Below are positions 17,748 to 27,541 of a DNA stretch of 34,949 nt, in pieces. Position 1 is the first letter of the stretch; every line of letters starts with the position of its first letter. The notes beneath the pieces are model-generated. The model was not told the origin of the DNA and did no database searches. It was given only the letters and a program-made list of their open reading frames with translations. A program made the translations under genes and the position numbers. Origin of the DNA: a virus (taxonomy: Duplodnaviria > Caudoviricetes); IMG/VR virus record IMGVR_UViG_3300047399_000110, positions 1 through 34,949 of that record; one strand, given 5' to 3'.

Positions 17748-20426
17748 ATGGCCAACTCGCCGCAGGACCGCAACAGCGTCATTGACATCGACCTGTCCAA
17801 GGGGATCGACGCCGACTCCCTTGAGAAGGAGGGCATGTCATGGGCGCAGAACATCGAGTACCGCGTCAACCGGATTGAAGTGCGTGGCGGCTTCGGCACG
17901 CTGGCCCAGTTCGGCACGACGCTGAACTCGGGGCGGACCACGGGCACGTACGGGTACGGGGCGCCGGTTGGCGGCACGCTGCAGGTCACGAACCAAGGCC
18001 ACGCGCAGATCCTGAGCGTGCATCCTCTGGTCGCGTACAGCGGCACGTACCAAGGTCAGGTGCTTGACCACCTGTACGCGTTCAGCGTCTACGACATCAC
18101 GACCGGCCGGCGTGCGGAGCACGTGTTCCGCACGCAGACACAGTGGATGACCAACCTGCCAGCGGCGGTGCTGCGGTCAGAGGCGCAACCCGCGTGGATG
18201 TCCGCTCCGACCAACAGCACGCCGTCGTTCGCGCAGCTGGCCGACTTGCAGTACATGTGCCTGCCTGGGCAGGGCGTCTGGATGTACCGGCCGATTGACC
18301 CGTACGCGATTGACCAGCGCCTGCAGACGGTACCGGGAACCATCCAGAACGGCGACGACGCGTGGTTTGAGCAGGTCATCCCGGTGGACGGCGTGTTCAC
18401 CGATGCGGGTGCCACGTACTTCAGCCAGAGTTCGTTCCCGTTGCCTGCGGCGATGTGCGCGTTCCAGAACCGCATGGTGTACGCGTCCGGGCGCAAGTTG
18501 TACTTCAGCGATCCTGACCGGCCCGACAACATTCAGGCCAACAGTTTCTACCAAGTCCCGACCGAGCGGCCGATCACGGCCATTGCGGTGGTGAAGGGTG
18601 TGGTGCTGGTGTTCACGGCGGACGAGACGTGGATGTACCAGCCGAGCGACTCGAACCAGACGGGCCTCATTTCAGGCGGCAACATCTACAACCTGAGCCG
18701 GAGCATCGGGTGCCTGACGGCGCAGAGTTTGACGTTGATGGGCGACACAGCGGTCTTCATGGACCGGCGTGGCGTGTACGTGTGCGACGGCGGCACGAGC
18801 ATCCAGAAGATCAGCGGCAGCATCGACACGTGGTTCGCGTTGCCCGAGCAGATCCAGAATCCATTGTCGAACTTCCTGACGCAATTGGGTCTGAACACGC
18901 TGACCAACCAGCAGCCGCGCGCGTTCATCGACATGCAGTCGCAGCTGTACCGCTCGACCATGACGTGGGACCCGCTGAACCAGTTGCTGTACGTCACGTT
19001 TGACGACCTGACGCTGGTGTTCTGTCCGGATTTCGGGTGGAGCGTGTACCTGTACGAGACGACCGCGCTGGTGGACAGCGGCGTGCCGCAGGTCGGCGTG
19101 CAGCAGCGGGTCATCAACCCGATCCTGTTCGCGCACGCGGGCGACCTGTACATGATTGGCGGTGCGGACATTGAGGAGTACGGCCTGTTCTCTGATTCGT
19201 CGGTATACATCCTGAAGGCAGGCCGGGGCGGATCGCTGGACCGCAGCAGCGTGACGCAGGAAGACCTGCGCCAGCCATACCAGAACTGGCAGCGTAGTGC
19301 GTCGGTAGCGGCAACCGCGCCGCAGTTCTGGGTGGCACCGCCAATCCTGATGCCGGAGAACTTCTACGACAGTTCGCAGGGCGTGACGCTGTCCAGCCCG
19401 ACATGGCTCGTGCCGGTGTACATCGCGCAGGGCACGACCGGGGCCGCGGAGGTGTCGCAGGTCGACTTGAAATTGACATTTGACAGCACCAAGTGGAAGC
19501 CGGCGCTCATCTCCGCAGCCAACTACGCTTACCTTGTGCCGCCTAACCGTCTTGGCAGCCGCACCGCGTTTGCCGACATGCAGGTGTATACCGGCGGCGT
19601 TCCTGACCCGGACGGCGCCACCATTCACATCGCGTGGGATGGTGGCGCCGTACCGAACACGTGGACCGCGTGGCCCAACATGGTTGTGAACCGTGGATTG
19701 CCGCAGCCGCTTGTGTACCTGCTGATGCAGCGAAAGGCAGGCACCACGGCCACGACGAGCGTGTCAATGAACTGGACCGTGTCGGTCGCGCAGTTGAAGA
19801 CGCAGGTACTACGGCCGTGGGTCCAGTGCCAGGTCTGGCTGTGCCAGGAGACTGGCCAGCCGAGTTACCCGCAGCAGGACCTTGGGGACAACACGCACGC
19901 GCAGCCGGTGGATTGGGCGCTGGCAACTCCGCTGGTGGGCGACGGCAAGGCTCAGTACAAGGCGCGCGGCGCGTTCACGGTGCTGCAGTCCTACGGCAAG
20001 GCCGTGGACCGGCAGGTGCCGGACTGGCCGGTTGCCCCGTACGCGAGCGTAACGACCAGCGACTACAAGGACTTCGCGGCACAGAAGATTGACTGGGACT
20101 CGCAGGACCCGCACGAGGACCGTGACAAGGACAGCGTGCGGCTACGCATCCAGACGACGGCCGCTGACTTCCCGTCTGCCAAGGTCGGCGGCAACCCGGA
20201 AGTCCGGTGGTCAAGCACGTCGGCGCAGGGCACCGGCACGCTGCTGATTGACGACGCGGCGACGGACACGGTGGCGGGAAGCGAGGGCGTTCGTGGCGAG
20301 CGGTTCCGCACGATGCTGTTCGGGTGCCTCAACGCCAACGGCGAGGACATCAAGATCGCGCGCGTGCGGATCCTGACGCGGCTGACTGGCGGCTTGCGGC
20401 GTACGGGCCGGACGAGGCTGGGATGA
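17748..20426 (+). CDS. Tail nozzle/stabilisation protein (P22 gp10 / T7 gp12-like beta-propeller)
   Basis: 892 aa. FQNRMVYA..RKLYFSD, ITAIAV..GVVLVFT and SIGCL...AVFMDRRGVY are typical propeller blades. Follows the adaptor. Confidence 0.75.
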   Translation: MANSPQDRNSVIDIDLSKGIDADSLEKEGMSWAQNIEYRVNRIEVRGGFGTLAQFGTTLNSGRTTGTYGYGAPVGGTLQVTNQGHAQILSVHPLVAYSGTYQGQVLDHLYAFSVYDITTGRRAEHVFRTQTQWMTNLPAAVLRSEAQPAWMSAPTNSTPSFAQLADLQYMCLPGQGVWMYRPIDPYAIDQRLQTVPGTIQNGDDAWFEQVIPVDGVFTDAGATYFSQSSFPLPAAMCAFQNRMVYASGRKLYFSDPDRPDNIQANSFYQVPTERPITAIAVVKGVVLVFTADETWMYQPSDSNQTGLISGGNIYNLSRSIGCLTAQSLTLMGDTAVFMDRRGVYVCDGGTSIQKISGSIDTWFALPEQIQNPLSNFLTQLGLNTLTNQQPRAFIDMQSQLYRSTMTWDPLNQLLYVTFDDLTLVFCPDFGWSVYLYETTALVDSGVPQVGVQQRVINPILFAHAGDLYMIGGADIEEYGLFSDSSVYILKAGRGGSLDRSSVTQEDLRQPYQNWQRSASVAATAPQFWVAPPILMPENFYDSSQGVTLSSPTWLVPVYIAQGTTGAAEVSQVDLKLTFDSTKWKPALISAANYAYLVPPNRLGSRTAFADMQVYTGGVPDPDGATIHIAWDGGAVPNTWTAWPNMVVNRGLPQPLVYLLMQRKAGTTATTSVSMNWTVSVAQLKTQVLRPWVQCQVWLCQETGQPSYPQQDLGDNTHAQPVDWALATPLVGDGKAQYKARGAFTVLQSYGKAVDRQVPDWPVAPYASVTTSDYKDFAAQKIDWDSQDPHEDRDKDSVRLRIQTTAADFPSAKVGGNPEVRWSSTSAQGTGTLLIDDAATDTVAGSEGVRGERFRTMLFGCLNANGEDIKIARVRILTRLTGGLRRTGRTRLG

Positions 20427-20899
20427 GCCGGGAGACACTGGTACCGCAGGGCGCGCAGCCCGTCCTGGTGCAGCAGCAGCGCGCATCGACGCAGGCGGCG
20501 GTGTCCGCGCAGCGGCTGGTGCTGCCTGGAAACCTCGTCCATGCGGACACGAACAACACGTTCAGCATGGTTCCGGGGCACTACGGCGACTACGTCGGGA
20601 AGGCCGCAGCTGTGATGCAGGGTGCGCCGGGCACGACGTTCGCCGCGGGCGCGTACAAGGCGCAGGTGCAGGCAGCGACCATCCGGCACACGGACGCGGT
20701 GACGGTGCATGGCACGGCCAACGGGCAGTGGATGAACAGCCAGTTTGCCGCAGTGACCGTGCAGAAGGGAGCGAAGGCCAAGTTCACGAACTGCCGGTTT
20801 TCTGGCAAACTGGACAACAGCGCCGGCGCGGCCGCTGACGTGGTGTGCATCGGCTGTTTCTTTGACGTTGAGCCTGTGAACGTGACGGTGATCGGATGA
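20423..20899 (+). CDS. Virion protein, possible short beta-helix
   Basis: ATGA overlap at 20423. FTNCRFSG and CIGCFFD resemble beta-helix rungs. Confidence 0.6.
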   Translation: MSRETLVPQGAQPVLVQQQRASTQAAVSAQRLVLPGNLVHADTNNTFSMVPGHYGDYVGKAAAVMQGAPGTTFAAGAYKAQVQAATIRHTDAVTVHGTANGQWMNSQFAAVTVQKGAKAKFTNCRFSGKLDNSAGAAADVVCIGCFFDVEPVNVTVIG

Positions 20900-21831
20900 C
20901 CAAGAGCAGCCGGTTGACGCCGAACCAGTTCGGTCAGGGCCTGACCCTTGACGCCACGCGCCTTGAGCATGACCTTGTCGCGCTGGCCAACAGGTACAAC
21001 GCGCCGCTGCCGTGCGACATCGCGCGCCGCTGGGTCGAGAACCACATGGTCACGGGGTTTATCCCCAATACGTTCCCGGTTGACCCGTATGTGTCCACGC
21101 CGCTGTTCGAGGAACAGGTCGTGCAGGCGCTGCCGTGGATGGGTGCGTACAATCCGCCGCCCGTGGGGACGGCATCTCCGGGCACTGCCGCTGACGCCAT
21201 CGCACCGGGCGTGCCTGCCGCGTCAATCACCAACGAATACCGGGCCAAGGGCACGAAGCAGGTCGGCATCACGCCGTCCGATGGCCTGAGCAACACCTTG
21301 TCGTTTGAAACAAGCTGGACACAAGTTGGCCCTTCGCTGCTGGACCGTGTCACGCTTGTGCTGGCGACCGACGCGTTCTACTCGGCCGACTTCCTGTGGG
21401 GCGCGGACGGTTCCTTTGGTGGTGGCACGCCCGGCGACCCGGTCAACAACATCGTGGTGCAGGTCTTGGTGGACTCGGCGCTCGCAAGCGAACTGCGCGC
21501 CGGGGCGACCATGCCGTTTGAGATCCGGTCATTCCGGGCGGACGCGTACTACCTGACGCAGCCGGGCTACGGCACGGTCGCGGACGGCATGGAGCCGCCC
21601 ACTTGGGACGGAGGCGGCGGGTCGTTTGTCCCCGGCGGCCTGTGCATCCAAGCGTTCCCGCGGCAACCTCTACCCGAGGGCGCGCGCGTCCGGGTGATCG
21701 TGTCGCTGCCGCTGTACGAGTCGACTCTGCAGGTAATCCCGCTGGACGTCAGTTCGTTCGGCCAGCACCCTTGGCAGGGCTTCGTGACGAGCGGGCACGT
21801 GACGCTGCTGCAGCCAGTGGGGGTGATGTGA
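20896..21831 (+). CDS. Putative tail protein
   Basis: ATGA overlap; 311 aa, beta-rich. The N-terminus (NQFGQGLTL) resembles that of the next gene (KSFARGVKL). Confidence 0.6.
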   Translation: MTKSSRLTPNQFGQGLTLDATRLEHDLVALANRYNAPLPCDIARRWVENHMVTGFIPNTFPVDPYVSTPLFEEQVVQALPWMGAYNPPPVGTASPGTAADAIAPGVPAASITNEYRAKGTKQVGITPSDGLSNTLSFETSWTQVGPSLLDRVTLVLATDAFYSADFLWGADGSFGGGTPGDPVNNIVVQVLVDSALASELRAGATMPFEIRSFRADAYYLTQPGYGTVADGMEPPTWDGGGGSFVPGGLCIQAFPRQPLPEGARVRVIVSLPLYESTLQVIPLDVSSFGQHPWQGFVTSGHVTLLQPVGVM

Positions 21832-24308
21832 GCCAGCCGCAGTTCACGGTCAAGTCGTTCGCCCGCGGCGTCAAGCTGACGGTGCAGCATGCATGGACTC
21901 CTGCCCAGCAGATCCAGTCCGCGGCACAGTCATCGGCGGTCGAGGGCCAGCAGGTGCTCGCTCCGACGCGCATGTCCTGGACGTTCACGCCGGACAGCGA
22001 GACGTTCGGTTCGACGCATGGGGCCAAGGTGGTGCTGCCGATGATCCTGCCGCCGCCGCAGGACGAGTTCAACGTGCGGACGCGTTCATACTCCGCTGCG
22101 CCGCAACTGTATGAACTGAGCATCTCGTTTGACCAGCGCGCGCAGGCAGCTGGCATCACGGACTCGTGGTGTGTCTGGCCGTTCAACACGCAGAAGACGA
22201 TCACCTCGTCGGAGTCGACACTGTACCCGATGCCGGGGCAACTGGCCGAAGTGGACTTGTCCAGGTACGACACGGTGCTGCGGCTGGTGCAGAAGGTGCC
22301 CACGGTGCTGGACACCGATGGCGACAGCCTGGTGCATCAGGACGTGCTGGCATTGCAGGTTCCGGGCGCGGCGCTGTTCGGTGCCGGGTTCAACCCGTAC
22401 GTCATTGACGGCCTGTCGGTGTACCTGAACCCGTACGGCGCGTACTACTGGGTCATGGAGACGCCTGGCCTGACCGCGCCGCAGGGCACGGACGTCATCC
22501 AGCAGTCGGCGCTGCAGGTCATCGGCACGCCAGTTGGCGCGTACCCGGAGACGTACGACTGCTACCTGAGCCTGTCCGGTCTGGTGTCGATCGGCGACAC
22601 GTTCACCATCAACTCGACCGGCGGTGGCCCATACGTCTACACGGCCACGGGCGTCGGCGTCTCGCGGCAGGACATCATTGACGGATTGCTGGATCTTGCC
22701 GTTGGCGACACGGTCTGGACGTTCACGGACGCTGCCAAGACCTATGGCACGGCTGGCCTCGGCCACATCATCGCCACGCACAAGGTTCCGGGGACGACCG
22801 TTGACGTCATCACGACCGCGACGACATGCGTGGTCGCGACGTTCACGTCCACCAACGCGTCGGGGTACGGCCACGTCGGGACCAACGGCAATTTCCTGTC
22901 GGTGGTCGACAACAACAGCCACACGTACCAGTACGACCTGCTGCCGACCGACACCATTGAGACTGCTGCGGCGGGACTTGCCGCGGCCATCAACGGGCAC
23001 GACGGCTACACCGCCACGTCGCAGTCGTCTGTGGTGCTGGTGCAAAACGACCCCGGCGTCTCGTTCTCGTTCACGCAGGGGACCAACGACAATGACAATG
23101 TCCACGTAAGCCCGTGCTTCGTGTGGTTTGTGCTGTCGCGGCCGCTGCTGGCGATGCCCAACCTGACGCTTGTGGCGTCAATGCAGATGCCACTGTCGAA
23201 GCGCGACTACTCCGAGTCGACCAATCCGGCCGTCAGTCCGTACGTGCAGAACATTCCGACAAAGCACTTGGGCAAGATGCAGGCTGGCACGATGGCGCTG
23301 CCAGCAGTCCCGGCGGCAGATGCCACCATCACCGGCGACGACTGGCAGGGGTTGGTGACGGCGCTGGAGCAGCCGCTGCTCAACGGCCTGCGTTCCGGCT
23401 ACGGCCGCGACCCAGGCAGCGAGGGCGACGTGTTCCCGTGGGAGCAACAGGCCACGGACGCCGGGTACCAGGTCATCAACGTGCAGATGTTCCCGAACTG
23501 GTGGGACGTGCGCCGGCGCAGCATCAACCCCAAGGCGGCAGGGGCCAACACGTGGGAGCCCGGGCAGGGCGGCTACGTGTGGGGCGTCGGGTTCCCGTAC
23601 CTGTCCGGGTCGCCTCCGTATGTCAATCCGGTGTGCGACCAGCGCATCATCGCCGTGCCGGAAGGGTTCGTCTTGCACCACGTCATCGTGGCGCAGAACT
23701 GCTTCCCGTACCCGGATAACCGCGTCTGGCCGCAGGGATCGGCGTGGGGTGGCCTGTTCACCGGAACGCAGAAGGTGGGCGTTGGCCTGTACAACGGCCT
23801 GCGGTCGGACAACCTGAAGTTCCAGCAGGTGGCGTACCTGGAGTGGACCAACGACATCGGTGGCGGTGGCGCGGACCGGAAGTTCGTGGTGGACGAGTTG
23901 CTGCTCGACAGCAAGCACCGCAACTACGTACTGTTCAACTGCCCGCTCGTGTGGCCGGACAACACCAACGGCACCCACAGCTACGGCGGCCTACCGGTCG
24001 GGTCCGGGCATCCGTTCTGGATGGGGCAGGCCAATTCCAACACCCAGTCCCGCACGCAGGTTGGCGACATGCCGTTCGCGTTTGGTGGCGGGGCGCTTGC
24101 CGCGCCACGCACGCTCGGCTCCGAGAACCTGCTGGTGGTGCGCTGGTCGCTGGAGGATGCCGCTGGACTTGGCAACCCGGCCAAGCCTGACGAGGTGCTG
24201 TGCGGCCCGGGCGGGCACCAGGTGATCCTGATCGGCAAGCAGTCCGTGGTGGGTAGCGATACGGGCGGAAAAGTCGTATCCTCGAACCCGGTTGTGGGCA
24301 CGTGGTGA
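21828..24308 (+). CDS. Putative tail/fibre protein with two inserted modules
   Basis: GTGA overlap at 21828, in frame with ORF 21603..24308. Beta-rich and within the tail cluster. Confidence 0.65.
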   Translation: MSQPQFTVKSFARGVKLTVQHAWTPAQQIQSAAQSSAVEGQQVLAPTRMSWTFTPDSETFGSTHGAKVVLPMILPPPQDEFNVRTRSYSAAPQLYELSISFDQRAQAAGITDSWCVWPFNTQKTITSSESTLYPMPGQLAEVDLSRYDTVLRLVQKVPTVLDTDGDSLVHQDVLALQVPGAALFGAGFNPYVIDGLSVYLNPYGAYYWVMETPGLTAPQGTDVIQQSALQVIGTPVGAYPETYDCYLSLSGLVSIGDTFTINSTGGGPYVYTATGVGVSRQDIIDGLLDLAVGDTVWTFTDAAKTYGTAGLGHIIATHKVPGTTVDVITTATTCVVATFTSTNASGYGHVGTNGNFLSVVDNNSHTYQYDLLPTDTIETAAAGLAAAINGHDGYTATSQSSVVLVQNDPGVSFSFTQGTNDNDNVHVSPCFVWFVLSRPLLAMPNLTLVASMQMPLSKRDYSESTNPAVSPYVQNIPTKHLGKMQAGTMALPAVPAADATITGDDWQGLVTALEQPLLNGLRSGYGRDPGSEGDVFPWEQQATDAGYQVINVQMFPNWWDVRRRSINPKAAGANTWEPGQGGYVWGVGFPYLSGSPPYVNPVCDQRIIAVPEGFVLHHVIVAQNCFPYPDNRVWPQGSAWGGLFTGTQKVGVGLYNGLRSDNLKFQQVAYLEWTNDIGGGGADRKFVVDELLLDSKHRNYVLFNCPLVWPDNTNGTHSYGGLPVGSGHPFWMGQANSNTQSRTQVGDMPFAFGGGALAAPRTLGSENLLVVRWSLEDAAGLGNPAKPDEVLCGPGGHQVILIGKQSVVGSDTGGKVVSSNPVVGTW

Positions 24309-24320
24309 CGGAGGACCCAG

Positions 24321-24989
24321 ATGGCGTTTGACGACCAGCAGCAGCAACAGCAGAAGCCGGTCCCGATGACCGGGCAGCAGTCGTTTGGCGCGCAGGAGCA
24401 GAACCTGCAGACGGGCTACGGCGCGCTCGGCAACGTGATGCAGCAGGCGGGCAAGACGGCTGACTTGTGGAGTTCCATCGGCAAGGCCAATGAGGCGTCG
24501 ACCGCACAGGGCCTGCAGGCGATGCGGCGGCAGGCGGCGCAAACGCTGTACGCCAACCGCGGCAGCCTCGGCGGCGGTGGCGGATTGGCTGCGATGCAGC
24601 AGGCCAATACCGCCAACCAGTTGGCGCAGAACCAGGCGGTGCAGCAGGCCAACCTGCAGCGCGCCCAGCTGGCGGCTCAGGGGCAGGAAGCGGGCATTGG
24701 CGCGCAGCAGCAGATTGCGCAAGCGGCCGGCCAGCGGTACCGGATGCTGCAGGACCAGCAGCAACGGCAGGTCCGCATCAACCAGGCGCTGGACATGGCG
24801 CGGCAAGTCATGCAGCGCAACGCGGGCACCGTCTTCACGACCGGCGCGGACAGGATGAAAGCACTCAACGAGATCAACCGGGAAGTGCTGGCTACCGAAA
24901 GCGATCCGCAGGTCATCGCGGCCGTCCAGCAGTACTTGCATGGCCTGATGAGCGGGAACGAGAACGTCCCCAACACGATCGACGTCTAG
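24321..24989 (+). CDS. Probable internal virion (ejection) protein, Gln/Ala-rich
   Basis: GGAGG Shine-Dalgarno. Helical Q/A-rich sequence with RGSLGGGGG. First of three genes of increasing size. Confidence 0.6.
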   Translation: MAFDDQQQQQQKPVPMTGQQSFGAQEQNLQTGYGALGNVMQQAGKTADLWSSIGKANEASTAQGLQAMRRQAAQTLYANRGSLGGGGGLAAMQQANTANQLAQNQAVQQANLQRAQLAAQGQEAGIGAQQQIAQAAGQRYRMLQDQQQRQVRINQALDMARQVMQRNAGTVFTTGADRMKALNEINREVLATESDPQVIAAVQQYLHGLMSGNENVPNTIDV

Positions 24990-25000
24990 CAGGAGCGGCC

Positions 25001-27541
25001 ATGGCTCGCGTCAGGGTGGATCACGATTCGCTGACCGACCTGTTCCGCCCCGGCGGCACGGTCGAGCCGATCAGCCGCGCGGACCAGTCCGGGCGCACGC
25101 GCTTCAACTTGGAGACGGGGCTCGACTTCGCCAACCGCGCGATGACGAGTCCTGCGCTCGGCGTGGCGGGCAACCTGCTCGCGCGCGGCGGCACGGCGCT
25201 GTATCGCTCCCTGAGCGGCGAGCCTGACTCCGCGGCAGCATTGCGCCAGCAGGCAGCGCAACGCATGGGCACGCCATCGTCGCTGGACATCCAGCGCGCG
25301 GTCGAGGCGCAAGGCATCGCGGCGTCACCGGAAGCCATGCGCGACGAGTTGCGGCGCAAGGCGGCGATGCGGCTGGCGGGGATGCCTGAGCCATTACCGC
25401 CAGAGCAGGCTCCCATGCTTGCGGGATCACTTTCCGGCGACATGGCCAGCACCATGCCTGTTGGAGCGTCTCAGCGCATGGGGGCTGGTACGACCGCGGC
25501 CTTGACGTCAGCGTTTGCCCGGGCGGCGCAACAAGCCAATACGCCTTCAACCGGCGCAGCCGACATGCGCGGGCTGATGGCGTCGCCGCAGAACCCGTAC
25601 GCCCTTGGTGCCACGCCCAACATGCAGTACTTGCCGGAAGGCGCGGCACCGTTCAGCGCGGACCTTGAGCGTGCCGTGGCGCAGCAGGCCAATGCGCCGG
25701 CGCGGCCGCCGATTGCTGGCGCCCCGTCGCCGGAGCAGATCGAGGCGTACGCGGGCCCGCGCCCGCCAGCACCGGAGCCGTTTGACGCGGAGCGCCGTCA
25801 CCTCGCCGAGGACGACCTGAAGGCGTACAACGCGCTGCGCAAGCAGGCGCTGGACGCGGTGAAAACGGGAGCCTCGCACGCGGAACTGGAGCCGATCTAC
25901 AAGGCCATGCACGCGGTGCAGGACAGGATGCTGGGTGCGCGCATGGCTCCGGGCGTACTGCAGGCACCGGACATCATGTCCGAAGTCCCGCGCGAGGCTG
26001 TCGCCACGGGCGCTCCTGCCCCGGAGCCGCCGCCCGTGCAAGTTGTCCAGACGCCGCAGGGCCCGCGTGAGGTCGTGCGGATGGGCAACACGGTCATCGT
26101 GGAGAACCCGCGCACCAAGCAGTACGAGATGTGGGGCCGCGGCAAGGGTGGCCAGCCGGAACTGCTCAAGTCGATGCCTGCGAGCCTCGTGGTGCCGGGC
26201 GCCGGCGTCCAGGCGGGCGGCGAGGAACCTGCTCCTGCGGCACAGGCGGCGCAACCGGCGGCGCTGGTTGAGGACGAGCGCCTTGCCAAGGCCCGCGAAC
26301 TGATGAAGGGCGGCACGGCTGCCCCGGCCATGGCGCAGGCGCAGGCGCCCGTGGTGCCGCAACTGGACGAGTACGGCCGGTCGCCGGAGCAGGTTGCCGA
26401 GGCACGTCGCCGTGCGATGGAACTGGTGCGCCCGCAGGAGCAGGTCCCCGGCGTCATCCGCGACCGCGACCAGCTGCTGGCCATGGCGGCGCAGGCGCGC
26501 ACGCCAGAGGAACAGGCAGACATCCTGCGCCGTGCGCCCGACGCCGACGTGTACGGCACGACGCTCGCGGACCTGCTGACCGGGTCGCACGTGGCGCGTT
26601 CGGAGTTTGCCCGCGAACTGCGCGCGGCGATGCCCGCGGTGCAGAAGCGCAAGGCCCCGGAGGAACTGGCGCTGGACGTGGCGCGGGCAGAGAAGGAGCG
26701 GGCCGAGGCTGCCTGGTACAAGGAGCGCCCGGGCCTGCAGCGCGACCGTGACCGGGCGCTGGCCGACCTGAAGCGGGACGAGACGGCGCGCAAGTATTTT
26801 TCAGATCTCGACCGCGCGCACCAGCGCGACCACCAGCTGGCGGCGGCCGATGCCAAGAACTCGGCGGACAGGCACCTGAAGGAACTGAAGCAGAACCTCG
26901 ACGTCGTCAAGGTCATGGAAGGCATCCGGCAGTTTGAGGAGAAGATCAAGCGCGGCTGGCCGTTCAAGCCAGGCAGCGTGAACATCAACATGGGCAACGA
27001 CATGAAGGCCCTTGGTGCGCTGCTCGACAACGTGAAGGAAGCCAAGCGTGGCGCGGACGAGACGCTATCCAAGGCTCGCGACATTGTCACCAAGAACGCG
27101 GCGTACACCGTGCCCAAGGAAGAGTTCGACCAATTGTTCCCGGCAAATCCGGGAACGCTGCGTCCCCAAGACCCGGATCCGGCCGATGCGCGGTACCAGA
27201 AGATTGAACTCGATGACGGGCAGGTCGTCCTGTCCACCATGGCCAAGGAGCAGTTAAAGGAAGACCAGAAGGCGGCGAAGGAAGCGCAGGACGCATGGGA
27301 CAAGCGTGCTGACGCGCTCAAGGCCAAGCGGGCTGAAGCCATGGAAAAGCGCAAGGCGGCAGAGGCTGCGCAGCACATCCTGGAAGACCCGGACGTGCGG
27401 CAGGTGTCGGACACCGGGCAGGGCTTTGTTGCGTCCGCCACGGACATCCTCAAGGGCTTCCTCAAGGGCAAGCCTTCTGAAGTGCCGCTGCCCAGTTCCG
27501 CAGGTCTTGCGCCGAGGTCGAAGAAGCCGGAGAAACGCTGA
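25001..27541 (+). CDS. Probable internal virion (ejection) protein
   Basis: AGGAG Shine-Dalgarno; 846 aa. Ala/Pro-rich then coiled coil. Position matches the podovirus ejection-protein trio. Confidence 0.6.
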   Translation: MARVRVDHDSLTDLFRPGGTVEPISRADQSGRTRFNLETGLDFANRAMTSPALGVAGNLLARGGTALYRSLSGEPDSAAALRQQAAQRMGTPSSLDIQRAVEAQGIAASPEAMRDELRRKAAMRLAGMPEPLPPEQAPMLAGSLSGDMASTMPVGASQRMGAGTTAALTSAFARAAQQANTPSTGAADMRGLMASPQNPYALGATPNMQYLPEGAAPFSADLERAVAQQANAPARPPIAGAPSPEQIEAYAGPRPPAPEPFDAERRHLAEDDLKAYNALRKQALDAVKTGASHAELEPIYKAMHAVQDRMLGARMAPGVLQAPDIMSEVPREAVATGAPAPEPPPVQVVQTPQGPREVVRMGNTVIVENPRTKQYEMWGRGKGGQPELLKSMPASLVVPGAGVQAGGEEPAPAAQAAQPAALVEDERLAKARELMKGGTAAPAMAQAQAPVVPQLDEYGRSPEQVAEARRRAMELVRPQEQVPGVIRDRDQLLAMAAQARTPEEQADILRRAPDADVYGTTLADLLTGSHVARSEFARELRAAMPAVQKRKAPEELALDVARAEKERAEAAWYKERPGLQRDRDRALADLKRDETARKYFSDLDRAHQRDHQLAAADAKNSADRHLKELKQNLDVVKVMEGIRQFEEKIKRGWPFKPGSVNINMGNDMKALGALLDNVKEAKRGADETLSKARDIVTKNAAYTVPKEEFDQLFPANPGTLRPQDPDPADARYQKIELDDGQVVLSTMAKEQLKEDQKAAKEAQDAWDKRADALKAKRAEAMEKRKAAEAAQHILEDPDVRQVSDTGQGFVASATDILKGFLKGKPSEVPLPSSAGLAPRSKKPEKR